Assembly: GCF_006345805.1 (NCBI RefSeq)
Contig: NC_042997.1
Span: 45,260,001-45,324,000 of the forward strand
Length of the DNA: 64,000 nt
Direction of reading: 5' to 3'
From: Octopus sinensis
Taxonomy: Eukaryota
Shown here: in pieces, positions 1-12,250 of the stretch
How the letters are laid out: each line of letters opens with the position of its first letter
Position numbering within the stretch: the stretch's first letter is position 1
The notes under the pieces: model-generated
What the model was told of the DNA's origin: nothing
Database searches by the model: none
The model's input: the letters and a program-made list of their open reading frames with translations, nothing else
Translations under genes and position numbers: made by a program

Positions 1-20
1 TCTAATGTTGCTCTGCACTT

Positions 21-235
21 TACTCTTTTACTTGTTTCAGTCAGTTGACTGCGGCCATGCTGGAGCACCCCCTTTAGTCAAGCAACTCGATCCTGGGACT
101 TATTCTTTTTGTAAGCCCAGTACTTATTCTATCGGTCTCTTTTTGCCGAACTGCTAAGTGACGGGGACATAAACACACCAGCATTGGTTGTCAAGCAATG
201 CTTGGGGGGCAAACACAGACACACAAACATACATG

Positions 236-310
<75 letters not shown>

Positions 311-465
311 GACGGGCTTCTTTCAGTTTCCGTCTACCAAATCCACTCACAAGGCTTTGGTTGGCCTGAGGCTATAGTAGAAGACACTTGCCCAAGGTGC
401 CATGCAGTGGGACTGAACTCGGAACCATGTGGTTTGTAAGCAAGCTACATACCACACAGCCACTT
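21..465 (-). mobile_element. tRNA-headed bipartite SINE, family A (copy 1)
   Basis: Minus strand reads Pol III A-box-like tggctgtgtgg, B-box-like ggttcagtccc-type motif, CORE-like cttgggcaagtgtcttc, internal (TA)n(TG)n, and tail gctccagcatggccgcagtc...(agtaaaag)n. Near-identical copies occur at 12.7, 32.5, 46.8, 47.5, 53.2, 55.1, 58.7 and 61.3 kb. Confidence 0.9.
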
Positions 466-896
466 CCGTAAAAATTACATTTGTAAAGTCTGTCATATCT
501 TTTTGCCCACATCATTCTTTTTTCTTTGTGTTCTTTATTTAAAGGAGGCAATTTTGTGAAACTTATGACTTTTCCTGGTTCTTTTAGTATTCTGCAACTT
601 TTTCTCTTTTGTATCTTAGAGATTCCCGCTTCTTCAAAGATTTGTTTCCTGGTTAACCCACTTTCCTTGCACATGGTTCTTTTGTGTTCTCTCTTATCTC
701 TATTTGTGATGTTCTTGAAACCCATTTTCTTCCTTATTCTTACTCTCACAATGCTTTCTACCTGTTTTTTTTCTTCATTGTTCTGTGATCTCTGTTTGGC
801 TTTTTAGAAATTACAATTGTTGTATCCACTTCTCCCAGTAGTTTCACAATTTCTTTCTTTCTTTTCTTTTGATGTTACATCTTTACTTCGACCCAT
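466..896 (-). pseudogene. Tc1-like transposase, N-terminal half, frameshifted; continues at 1-17 beyond the SINE
   Basis: Spliced frames read MGRSKDVTSKEKK..IVKLLGE..NRDHRTMKK..LTRKQIFEEAG..CRILK..K.PPLNKEHKEKRMMWAKRY/TDFTNVIFT, and 17-1 reads CRATL. This matches the Tc1 pattern PPL..HK..R..WAKKY.KTDF..V.FTDECRATLDG. Confidence 0.8.
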
Positions 897-1054
897 TTCT
901 ATATTTCCTCTATCTGAGATTAAGAGAAAACATTTAAAAATCACATATCACATGGGGAAAAGCAGTATCTTGTTAACTTGCATAATAAAAAGAAACACCC
1001 TATAAATGGGATATGTGTATATATATGTATTTAAATGTGTGTGTATATATAAGC

Positions 1055-1087
<33 letters not shown>

Positions 1088-1091
<4 letters not shown>

Positions 1092-1308
1092 TAATCCAAA
1101 CAAGAAAGCACAAAAAAACACAACAATGCGAGGACATGGAACAAATATAGTATTATTGGATGCTCAGGAAAGAAGGAAAGAAGGAGGGTTTAACGTTTCG
1201 AGCGGAGCTCTTCGTCGGAAACATAGGAGAAGGAAAGATCCAGAGAAGGGAAGACAGAGGAAAAAAAATCGCCAATGGTACACACGAGGTCACATTTTGA
1301 AAGACCGG
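1088..1308 (-). mobile_element. Penelope-like element 3' end fragment bounded by (TA)n
   Basis: Non-coding segment between two (TA)n tracts. It contains a hammerhead-like motif and ends on a TA tract, the same architecture as 47.6-48.3 kb and 50.1 kb. Confidence 0.55.
1188..1222 (-). ncRNA. minimal type I hammerhead-like motif (CCGACGA core)
   Basis: Minus strand reads GUUU-CCGACGA-A-GAGC(UCC)GCUC-GAA-ACGU-U-AAAC: 4 bp helix I, 4 bp helix II, self-complementary helix III ACGU, GUU site. Confidence 0.55.
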
Positions 1309-1361
1309 ATATATATATATGTATTTAAATATGTATGTGTATATATAAGTATCTCTCTCTC

Positions 1362-1415
<54 letters not shown>

Positions 1416-1429
1416 CATATAAAATAGTT

Positions 1430-1800
1430 TTGCCTTAAGCCAAACTCTTTGCTTTGTGCTTTTCCCTAAACCTTCATTTTCTAGTGAAATGCAGCAGTCT
1501 GGCATCAGCGTTTTCTCTTTTATTATTGCTATCATCACTGGGTTGATCTCGCCATCAGTATAATGACATCTGTCTACAGGCCAACGTCGAAGATTGGCCA
1601 ATGCACTCAGGAGCTTGTTGAGGTGTCCAAAGTAGGGGGTCACTGACCAGCTTCACCTCACAATTTCAGCATTGTTCAACAAAGTGAACTCTTCTTACGC
1701 TTTTTCCTAATTCCTTTTGGAATGTCATTGTGCAATCTTTCTTTGGTGGGGATGTTCTTTCCACAGAACATTCAGAATGGCATTGGTGCCATCCAAGAGT
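1430..1800 (-). pseudogene. RTE/RTE-X LINE ORF2 C-terminal fragment, decayed
   Basis: Frames read LDGT..AILNVLWKEHP(T)KERLHNDIP..RRVHF..QC..KLVSDPLLWTPQ, resembling the RTE-X post-RT region LNVSW..HPT..LY..RRL.F.GHC..L.SDLLLW.P. Confidence 0.55.
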
Positions 1801-2230
1801 TTCGTGTTTTCTGGTTACTGTCTAGATGGAAGAGACATAAAGTAACACAGATTCAACCTCTGTAGAGAAGTTCCTTTTTTGAAATTCTCTGAGATCTTAG
1901 TCCAAGGGTAATCTCAAAAAACTCTTGCAAGATTCTCAGACACATAAGTCAAGTTTGGCTGAATCTTAACTTGTACTTCTGCTGCAAAAATGGATAAGGA
2001 GGGGATATAAGAGGGTTGCAGTGTCACCATCAATTTTGTTGATGTAAAGAATTAAATCTGAAACACACACATACTTATGCACATGCAATACCCGTGATAT
2101 CCATACACATGCAAGAATAATAATCGTTTCTAACATAAGCACAAGGTCCCAAATTTGATGGTTAGAGAGATTAGTTGATTATATTAACTCTGGTACTTAA
2201 TTGGTACTTTATTTCATAAAGTTAGTTGAT

Positions 2231-2456
2231 AGTTGTCGGAGCACTGCATCCTTCAAAACTTCCATGCTTCCTGAGATTCGCCAACACTACACCTGATTTT
2301 CTCCCCTCCATACACACACAAGCATGTATCTGACTCATACATTGTTCACTTTCCAGACATTTGTACATTACTGCATATGCTTTATATGCACTTTTGACAA
2401 GTTGTGGTGCACCTGAGCACTGTATACAATAATTTCATTATTATTATTATTATTAT
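2231..2456 (+). mobile_element. CR1-group LINE 3' end with (ATT)n tail
   Basis: Homologous to the minus-strand CR1 end at 28450-28737 (actgcatcctt..ccatgctt..ctacacctgatt..gtgcacctgagcactgta..(att)n). Confidence 0.7.
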
Positions 2457-3080
2457 AACTTCAGAAAGCTGTAAAGCAAAGCTGTGCTTGAAGATATTTG
2501 AAATTAATCATAAAGAGCTTCTAATAAATCTACAAATTATTTTGCTCAACACTTTATCAATTTGGCCAATCAATTGGTTTAAGTACTTTGCATCCATGAG
2601 AGTAATAGCTATATTTATAACTCTGAAGTACACATTTATTAGGAATCAGAAGTAAATAAGAACAGTGAAAGCATGGAGGTAACAACAATGAATGCTAAGG
2701 CTTTCAAAGCTGAAATATTTCATTTAGTTTAGCCTCATTCTTGTAGTTTGTTTCTCTGTCTCTTCCACTGTGTGTATGTGAGTATATATATATATATATA
2801 TACACTCACAACATACATATACACAGACATGCACACATACAGACAATATAGGAAAGGGGTTTAGAATGATTAAATATATAAATTTATAGGTGTGTGTGTG
2901 TAAGCAAGAATGATAATGCAAATAATTAAAGGCCGTAAGCTGTAGTGGAGGCAGTCCTTCGTATTTTGGTGGCCCAATGTAAAAATTCAAATAACCTTTC
3001 ATAACATGATCAAGTTAATACAAATAAGCAACACATATATACATACAAGTAAACTAATACATACACATACACACATGTTA

Positions 3081-3819
3081 GTGTGTGTGTGCATATATAT
3101 ACACACACATATATATATACATATATATACATATATATACATATATATATACATATATATACATATATATATACATATATATACATATATATATACATAT
3201 ATACATATATATATACATATACATATATATACATATATATACATATATATACATATATATAACATATATATACATATATATATACATATATATACATATA
3301 TATACATATATATACACATATATATATACATATATATATACATACATATATATATATACACATATATATATATACATATACATATATATATACATACATA
3401 TATATATATAATATATACATATATATATACATACATATATATATATATACATATATATATATACATATATAATATATATATACATATATATACATATATA
3501 CATATATATATACATATATATACATATATATATACAATATATACATATATATATACATATAATATACATATATATATACATATATATACTATATATACAT
3601 ATATACATATATATACATATATATAACATATATATACATATATATATACATATATATACATATATATACATATATATACACATATATATATACATATATA
3701 TATACATACATATATATATATATACACATATATATATATACATATACATATATATATATACATACATATATATATATATATATATACATATATATATACA
3801 TACATATATATATATATAC

Positions 3820-3854
<35 letters not shown>

Positions 3855-3889
3855 CATATATATGCATATATACATATATATATATATAC

Positions 3890-3954
<65 letters not shown>
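3081..3954. repeat. compound (TA)n/(TACA)n/(CA)n microsatellite
   Basis: Directly visible; source of the long Y/I/H ORFs. Confidence 0.98.
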
Positions 3955-3955
<1 letters not shown>

Positions 3956-6475
3956 GAAAATCAATCCCATTATCTTATGTATGTATACCTCGAAATTCAG
4001 ACAAAACTTTCTCCTATCTTTGTTGTTGAAACAAATAAGTATCACTTTTGAAGTTGTTTTCATGATATCACAACACTTAATATAATTTTCTTTTTGCATT
4101 ATCCACATTTATTTACCTATTTATTTACTTGTCTATTTAGTTTTGACTGCCTTTCGTTTATTTTGTTCACATAGGTGTTCTAATTTAATAGTTTTTGTAA
4201 GGTTTCAGTTTTTTTCTTCTTTCTTTCTTTCTTTATTATTATTATTATTATTTTATTACATAGCCAATAAGAGCTTAAAAAGCAAATAACCATAATATAA
4301 CAAAATATAAAACTAAAATAAAAAAGCTCTGCAATTAAGAAAAAAAAAATTATTTACACACATATACACAAGTAGAAATGGGAGTGTGGGAGTAGGTGGA
4401 ATTGTGGGCCCATACTTAATCAGTGTTGTTAATTTTTGTTGTTGTTGTCTTTAGATGTCTTTGTAAAACATTTGAAATGAATAAAGATGAAATATGGGTT
4501 TTATTTAAATTTTATAATATGTGAAAAATCACAACAATGGATAATAGAAACAACGATGTTAATGAAATGGCTATTATCCATTAATCATGTTTTTTTTTTC
4601 TTAGAGAAGGGAGAGAGAGGGAGATAGAGAGAGAGAAGGAGAGAGAGAAAGAGTGACAGAGGAAGGGGAAGAGACAGATTAAAAGAAAAACGAGTAAAAA
4701 ACAGTAGAATTATAAAACATATATTTCAATATACATATCTATCTATCTATCTACATCTCTCTCTCTCTCTATATATATATACACACACACATACGGATGT
4801 ACATATAAACATATACATTTATATATATACAATACATATATACATATAACTACATACACACATGTAGATATACAGATAAACATATACACATACATATACA
4901 TTTACACATACAATACATACAATATATATATATATACACATACAATACATACAATATATATATATACATACAAACATGCACACACACACACACACACACA
5001 TAATAATAATGAACAACATAACCATGTCGGAAGAATCAATGATTTGATGCTGTAGAAATGCAGCATTCGTTTATAGCAATAAATTAAAACAGTTTTTGTT
5101 CCTGTTCAGCAACTTTGAAGAAAATAATGTCTCAATCAGTTAATTCCTGAACCAACAATGAGAACAAAATAAGCTTCCCCTCCGTGATGGAGCATCAACT
5201 GAGGGATAAATCATGTGGCTTGAAGCAGAAGAGTACAATTTATGCGCACTCATCTTTGTCACCACTCGCCAACCACTTGCCACCACTCGCCAACCACTTG
5301 CCACTTGCCACGTTTTCAAAAAGTATGTTGCTGTTATGCCAGCTTATTACAGCAATATTTTCTTAGCCGTATTTTAAAAAAATCAAATTTAAAAGAAAAA
5401 AAACTGAAACAAAAAAAAAACAAACAAAACTAACATATTTGCTGACAAAGATCAAAAGTCAAAACAATAAGCAGGTAGAATGAGTGCAAATAAGCATTTG
5501 AAACTTTGTATTCAGATCTAGAACCATTAAAGGTTTTAGAGAACATAAAAAATGACAATTTATGAAATGATGTACGGCAATTTGTGACCAGAAATTGTGA
5601 ATGGTAAACACATATATAGGAGATGAAAGCAAAGGGAAATAAATATTTGTAGAATAGTTAACTTCAAACCCTATCAGTTGCGAGCAGCATAAATATGACA
5701 GACCAGGTTGAAAAATTAGGTAATGTTTTGATAGTTGGTATCAAGTTAAACAAAGTACTTGTTAATCAAGAGACATGGAGAAATAGACTTTAAGCCCAAT
5801 GAAGGCTGAATGAAATGGATGGTTATAGAATTACTGAATTTTTTTCAAAATATAGAATTAATGTAAATACTTGAGTAGAAAATAATTCAATTTTGGGGAT
5901 AAAATATTGACAGCTCATGCTAGCTACTGACGATTTACTCATAAGATGCTTAGCCAGTCACAGTTGATTATAGGTGCAAGCTTATGCAATTTTTTTCTTT
6001 TTTGAAAGACTATCAAATCTCCCTTTTAAGGGTGAATACAGATTGGCATCACAATCATTACAGAGAACTGGGACAGATGGCATCAAGTCTGATACTCTAA
6101 TGGTTCCACCCATGCAGGATGGTTTGAACACAGAGCCACAAAGTATTGAAGCAAATACTGCTAGGCATTCTATCCATTTTAACAACTCTTTGGAATACAA
6201 AATTGGTTGAGTTATGTAATATCACCAAAAGTGATGATCAAAAATGAAACCCAGCATTTGTGGCCACTGTAAAGGTTTTAGATATATTTTGATTTTGTCT
6301 AGTGAGATTTCTCGATGCATTTGAAAGTGGCTAGAGTAGAATGTTAAGGAAAGTCCACAGTATGGGATCTTCTTGGAGATGGAACAAAGTGTTGAGCATC
6401 TTCATAGACTGAAATAAATTTCTGCAGAGATAGAGAAAAACTGAGAAATTTGGTATATATAAATATATATATATA

Positions 6476-7089
6476 TCATCATCATCATCATCATCGTTTA
6501 ACGTCCGCTTTCCATGCTAGCATGGGTTGGACGGTTCAACTGGGGTCTGGCAAGCCCGAAGGCTGCACCAGGCCAGTCAGATCTGGCAGTGTTTCTACAG
6601 CTGGATACCCTTCCTAACGCCAACCACTCCGAGAGTGTAGTGGATGATTTTATGTGCCACCGACATAGGTGCCAGACGAGGCTGGCAGACGGCCACGCTT
6701 GGATGGTGTTTTTTATGTGCCACCGACACAGGTGCCAGACGAGGCTGGCTGACGGCCACGCTCGGATGGTGTTTTCTTATGTGTCACCGACACAGGTGCC
6801 AGACGGGACTGGCGGACGGCCACGCTCGGATGGTGTTTGTTACGTGCCCTCAGCACGGAGACCAGTCGTTGCGGTACTGGCTACGATCACGTTCGGATGG
6901 TTTTCTTATGTGCCACCGGCACTGGTACCACAAGGATACAAATTCCATTGATGTTCATCTATTTTGATTTGGTTCGATTTGATTTGATTTGATTCGATTC
7001 GATTCTCACTTGCCTCAACAGGTCTTCACAAGTGTCACAAGAAGGAAGGTATGCACAGGTGGACTGACTACGTCCCAGGTAGGGGCCAC
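6476..7089 (-). mobile_element. family B retroposon (non-coding, (GAT)n tail, internal ~63 bp VNTR)
   Basis: Minus strand ends ...ttggcgttaggaagggtatccagctgtag...catgctagcatggaaagcggacgttaaacgatgatgatg. VNTR unit starts fall at 6651, 6714, 6778, 6841 and 6907. Confidence 0.85.
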
Positions 7090-7717
7090 ATATATATATG
7101 AGCTATTTTTAAAGAAAAAAAAAACTGAAGATAGCAGCAAGGACACTGTCAAGGTCAAATGTGTTTTGGGGTTGGAGCAATTCAGATGAATGTGATTTTA
7201 GATGGAATTCCATTGTATCTGCAGTGTGGATGAAACAAGTGGCATATGCAGTGGCTTCATCAATAGGAATATTGTTTATGAAACTATTTTGGTTGAGGCG
7301 TAGCAAGGGAAACGGAGACGAAAATGCAATACTTTTCTGTTTAATATCTGAGCATATTTCCTGGTTATCAAAAGAATTTTATTTATAATACATTATCAAC
7401 TTTTCAGATTTGAGACTAAAGGAACTTCATTGATTTCATCAAATCATTATAGTATGCTATTCCATATTTTTTCTAGAATTCTATTTCAATAGTTAAATAT
7501 TATGTTTAAATGGACAGTCACATCTTAGCCTCCCTGTCAGTACTACAGCAAAACAGACTGCGAGGTTACGAATGAGGATTATATCTTGGTCATGACTTCA
7601 AATATTGCAGGTTGCTTCTTCCAGTTAATTGAGCTGATAAAAGAAAAGTTCCAGTCTGCTTTATGGTTGAGTGGTTAGTTGCAAGACCAATATATAGCTA
7701 GCATGGAAAAATAAATA

Positions 7718-8028
7718 CAGTGGAATCTTGGTTAATGAATTTAATTCATTCCTGAAGGCCATTCATCACATGAAATGTTTGTAAACCGCAACTATTTCTC
7801 CAATAGGAAAGCATGGCGAATGCAAGCATAGATGTGTACAAAGCAAAAGCAAGGCACCAACTGGTGCTCTCTTGCTGATACTCTCAGCTTGCTGCCAACT
7901 GTTGTTGCTGGCTTGCATGTTCATTACTCAAGACACCATTTATCACCCGAAATGTTTTATGTTTGGAAAATTGGTTTGTAAACCGATTTGTCAACTCTGA
8001 GAGGCATTCGTTGAGTGAGATTTCACTG
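7718..8028. mobile_element. Tigger/pogo-type MITE, degenerate
   Basis: Imperfect TIRs cagtggaatcttggttaatgaat / attcgttgagtgagatttcactg, TA on the left, and repeated subterminal tttgtaaaccg motifs. Confidence 0.55.
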
Positions 8029-8579
8029 TGTAAAGCAACAGAAGCAATAAAATGTTGTTCATCCCTGCTTGAAGCATTTAATTGAAGGAAGAGTTGGACA
8101 TAATTTCTAGCAGACCAACCAACCACATAGAGGGCCTCTACTTAAAAATGTGGTTCTTTATACTTAAGATAATTTATGTCTATGAATTAAATATTCATGT
8201 TCCATTTCTTAAGGCTCAAGCCAACATTCTGAGGGAATAAAATAATCATTCCCTATCCAGGCTCACAGATGTCTTCTTGAAGTGGATGAGCATTGTCATT
8301 TCATCTGGAAACAATATATTAATTACTAATACTCATTATACTCTATATGGTCACCCTGCTTGCAAGAAATAGCAACCAAATATCTCTCAAACCAGGCCTT
8401 CATTTTATAAAACGAATGACACATAGACTATTGTAGCCCTAAACATGCTATTGTTTAAAACAGAAGGAAAAAAAAAGAAAAAATAGGATGACCCAAGCTA
8501 CAATGCCTTAGACCAAAGGTCTGCTCTGTTCAATCAGGACTGATTTATGGCTAAATACCAGTAACTTGTACTTGAATTG

Positions 8580-8765
8580 ACAGAACTGCGAGACTGTTGG
8601 GAAAATGCCTAGCAGTACTTCTTCAAACTCCAGCTGAGGTCAACTTTGCCTTTCATCCTTTTGGGGTTGGTAAAATATAATTCCAGTCATGTATAGGGAT
8701 TGATGGTATCTGCACTCAAAACTGGAATTCTTGAGCCAAAATTTGAAAGCATTGTTATTATTATC
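8580..8765 (+). mobile_element. SINE family F, old copy
   Basis: Contains gaggtcaactttgcctttcatcctttt..gggg, shared with 8771-8973 and 42408-42643. Confidence 0.6.
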
Positions 8766-8770
8766 ATATA

Positions 8771-8973
8771 AGGTGGTGAGCTGGCAGACTTGTTAGCCTG
8801 CTGGGTGGCATTTCATCCATCGCTACATCCTGATTCAATTTCTTGTGAGGTTGGCTTTGCCTTTCATCTTTCTGAGGTCAAGTACCAGTTGACCACTGGG
8901 GTCAATGTAATTGATTATCCTCATCCCCCAAAATTTCTTGCCCTGTGCTTATAGTAGAAAGGATTATTATTAT
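8771..8973 (+). mobile_element. SINE family F, old copy, tandem to the previous one
   Basis: Head ggtggtgagctggcag, gcctttcatc block, agtaccag..ctggggtcaatgtaattga, (att)n tail. Confidence 0.65.
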
Positions 8974-10042
8974 CATCACTACTAGCATCAAACAAAGAGG
9001 AATGGAAATAAAAATCAACTTTGACAAGGCTTGGGCAAAAAATTCAAGAACATGAACCCAAGAACTACAATGTGCCAAGTTATAGCCTCAACTATCAGAC
9101 AAAAAAAAAAAATGAATTAATAAAGAAAGAAAGATTCTGTGAAAATTGATGAGTGTCTGCATCAGAAAAAAAGTAAAATTAATACAACTGTTAAAATAAG
9201 ATAAGAACTATTTCTTTCTTATTTTATGAATTTCACCATCTCAACCAAGTTTACAGAGATCAAAAATTCCATAGAAAATATTGTTAAATGTTACAATTGT
9301 AATTTTGCAGACAAATAACCTCATCTTTAGAAGTCAATAGCCTGACACATGTACAATTAACGCTTCATTAACCCAACGATGACCGGAAATCAAATTGATC
9401 GAAGCACATTTTTTTCATTTCTAAAAACGAGGATAATAGTCTGGAAAATCCTAATCATATTAACAATAACTCATCTCAGACATTTAGACGTGGAATTGTT
9501 ACATATTGTTATTTTAAGCTTCCATAAAAAAGACAGAAAAGAAAAAAAAAGAAGCTGTAAATATATTATGGATCTTGTTCTGTTAGAAGATGCTGTCAAA
9601 TGATGCACATGATTTTTAGACCTTGCTATCAAAGATATGTTTGTGTTATTCGTTGTTTGAAGAACATAGGTTTTTATGGCAGTTGTAGCAGTCATTTAAT
9701 TTTTTTTTCTTTTTTCAGATCAAATGAAAAAAAAAAAAACAGATAAAAAGCAAAATAAAATTTAACAGTAGTAAAAACGAAACTTTGATCATATTTTGCT
9801 TAGCAGTGGTGTATCACTAACATAACACAATTTTCAATGTGAATTTTGAAATAAAAATAATATAGTTTTTGTATTTAGCTTAAGTGATAGAAAATTATAG
9901 GTTTTTCTCATTTCCATATAAAATACAATAAACAAAAATTATTGCCTTTAAAACCACAATAATTTGTATCATCAAAAAATAATGATTTCTCATAATAATA
10001 ATAATCATAATAATAATAATAATAATAATAGTAACAACAACG

Positions 10043-10472
10043 GTTTCTAATTTCGGCACAAGGCCAGCAATTTCGAGAGGTGGATAGGTGGGTTAATCTA
10101 TTACATCAACTCCAATACTTAACTGGTACTTTGTTTAATTGACTCTGGATGGATGTGGAGGCATGGTGGCTTAGTGGTTAGAGTGTTGGACTTGTGATCA
10201 TAAGATTGTGGTTTCAATTCTAGGATTGAGCAAAGTGTCGTGTCCTTGAGCAAAACACTTCATTTCATGTAGCTCCAGTTCACTTAGCTGGCAAAAATTA
10301 GTAATCCTGCAATGGACTGGCGTCCTGTCCAGGTGAGGAACGTACACGCCATGGAAAGTAGGAAAACATTCCTTTAAGTCTATATGACTTGGGAAGGAGC
10401 TTTACTTTCTTTTTACTGGGTCGATGAAATACAGAGCTGAACTTTTGGCAGGGGTTTGAAACCAGAATGTAA
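10043..10472 (-). mobile_element. SINE family F, split by a family C insertion
   Basis: Tail-side part at 10043-10153 (ttctaatttcggcacaaggccagcaattt..ctggtactt) and head-side part at 10417-10472 (gtttgaaaccagaatgtaaag) lie either side of the C copy. Confidence 0.5.
10155..10416 (+). mobile_element. tRNA-headed SINE family C
   Basis: A-box tggcttagtgg, B-box-like ggtttcaattc, gtccttgagcaaaacactt, and cctgcaatggactggcgtcctgtccagg (resembles the V-SINE domain from memory). A second copy lies at 59281-59571. Confidence 0.8.
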
Positions 10473-10574
10473 AGAAAAAGCAGAAGCAAAACCACAAAGC
10501 ATTTTTTTCCCAATGCTCTAATGGTTCTTCAAATACATCACATTTAAATGCTTCTAATTTAGACTCAAGGCCAG

Positions 10575-11130
10575 CAATACTTCAGTCTTCTTGATGCTGA
10601 TAGTCAGCCCAAATGCACAGGCTGCGGCAGCAAACCTATTGACCGTTTCCTGAATTCTTCCAAATGTATGAGAAATCAGGGCACAACCATCAGCAAACAG
10701 AAAGTCACGTAGAATCTCTTCCTTGGTCTTTTTCTTTGATCTGAAACGTTGCCCTTTCAGATTTAGTAAACCTCTTTCTGTGTGAAACTGGAATTTTATA
10801 CCTTCATGGTAATCGCTGATAGCATGTTGGAGAATTGTTGAAAGTGATATGGAAAAAGTACAGGAGCTAAAACACAGCCCTGTTTGGTTCCAGTGGCAAC
10901 AGAAAATGCTGTTACCTCTGAACATGAACTACTCGATATCACTGTTGCCATCATTTCTTTTTGCAGGGATACTATCATCTTTATCATTTTATCAGAAGGA
11001 CCAACTTTTTGACAAAATTTTCCAGAGCACCTCACAATTCACTGTATCAAAGGCCTTGGTCAAGTCAACAAAGTCGATGTACAAATCAGTATTTTGTTCA
11101 TGTGCTTTCTCTTGAACTTGATGGAGGGCA
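10575..11130 (-). pseudogene. RTE (BovB-like) reverse transcriptase fragment
   Basis: QVQEKAHEQNTDLYIDFVDLTKAFDTVNCEVLWKILSKVG..GTKQGCVLAPVLF..LRDFLFADGCAL..FGLTISIKKTEVL. Frameshifted, with the catalytic FADD changed to FADG. Confidence 0.9.
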
Positions 11131-12084
11131 AAAATCATGTCAACTATACTTTTCCCGGACTGAAATTCACATTGGGATTAAGTGCATATGCTGTTTATTA
11201 CATGTTTATTGATGCAGTTAAGGATCAACCTTGCAAGAATTTTTCCAGCCATGCACAACATACTTATTCCTTGTGACTATCACATACACTCTTCTACCCC
11301 TTGTTTTACTATTGCAACCAGCAGTACCTGTCAATTGTAAAATGAATGCACATACATGTACATCAGATACAAATACACACACATATACACATATGCAGCA
11401 GATGCACACTTGCACACACCACATACATGCACTCATACTTCAGGTGCATACATGCATACAGACACCAACGAACTGATGTTACCAACCCAGAGCAGTTACT
11501 TACATGCATGTACCACATACCAGGTATATGCATCTCCACACACACACCACCTAAATGTTGTTGCTAGCAAAATGAGCCTCTTTGCCTAGACAGAGTGTCA
11601 CCATCAGCATCATGTCCAAGCATGCAGCCCAAGAAATTCTGAATAGGAACTGATGTCACTACTAAACTGACAACACCATGTGACCTGCATTGATCAACAG
11701 CAGCCCTAAACCCAGAAAGAAGAATGAGGAAGAGTCTTGGACTCTTCTCATTCAGTTCCACATGCCTGACAAGTTAGGTTCATTTGACAAGTCTACAAAA
11801 CTAAGTTGCATGGAGCTGTAGCAAACTGTTACTGAATAATAAGTGAGTGTATCATACACACACACACACACACATGAAAGTCATTCTGAAACTTACTTAA
11901 TGCAGTTTCTAAGTATAAAGGGGATTGTTTTTAAAAATTAATTTTTATAAGAAGTTATAAAATCTTTTATCAGAACATCACAAACCATTTTGGAAGAAGT
12001 TTTTTCCTTGTGTGTGTGAGCACTCTCAATTAATCTTTTCAAACACACGTGGTGTGTATATATCTATATATATGTGTGTGTGTG

Positions 12085-12250
12085 TGGAGACGCAATGGCC
12101 CACTGGTTAGGGCAGTGGACTCGCAGTCGGAGGATCATGGTTTTGATTCGCAGACCGGGCGTAGTGAGTGTTTATTGAGTGAAAACACCTAAAAGCTCCA
12201 TGAAACTCTGGCAGGGTGGTGGTGGCGATCCCTGCTGTACTCTTTCGCCA
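12085..12250 (+). mobile_element. tRNA-headed SINE family E
   Basis: ggagacgcaatggcccactggttagggcagtggactcgcagtcgg..gattcgcagaccggg: tRNA-like head followed by a non-tRNA body. Confidence 0.55.

Noticed and set aside
2999-4108. Long ORFs up to 369 aa rich in Y/I/H/M/C/V (also at 25.4-27.8, 30.1, 38.0 and 63.8 kb)
   Set aside because: These are translations of (TA)n/(TACA)n microsatellites, which lack stops in some frames; not proteins.
5974-6210. Strong polypyrimidine acceptor (ttttcttttttgaaag) followed by a 66-codon open frame, also open on the opposite strand
   Set aside because: No recognisable protein, no partner exons and no convincing donor; could be chance or an old TE.
6514-6967. 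Repetitive ORFs (MCHRHRCQTRLADGH..) and a repeat-spacer look resembling CRISPR
   Set aside because: This is the family B VNTR. The units are contiguous repeats without unique spacers, there are no cas genes, and the context is eukaryotic.
10158-10235. tRNA-like sequences at SINE heads (also 12085, 12754, 28852, 48994, 58742)
   Set aside because: A and B boxes are present, but I could not fold a full cloverleaf and each runs into a SINE body.
11564-11770. Unique-looking minus-strand ORF with a ctaac..cag acceptor-like signal
   Set aside because: The frame ends in a stop without a donor and the peptide is unrecognised.
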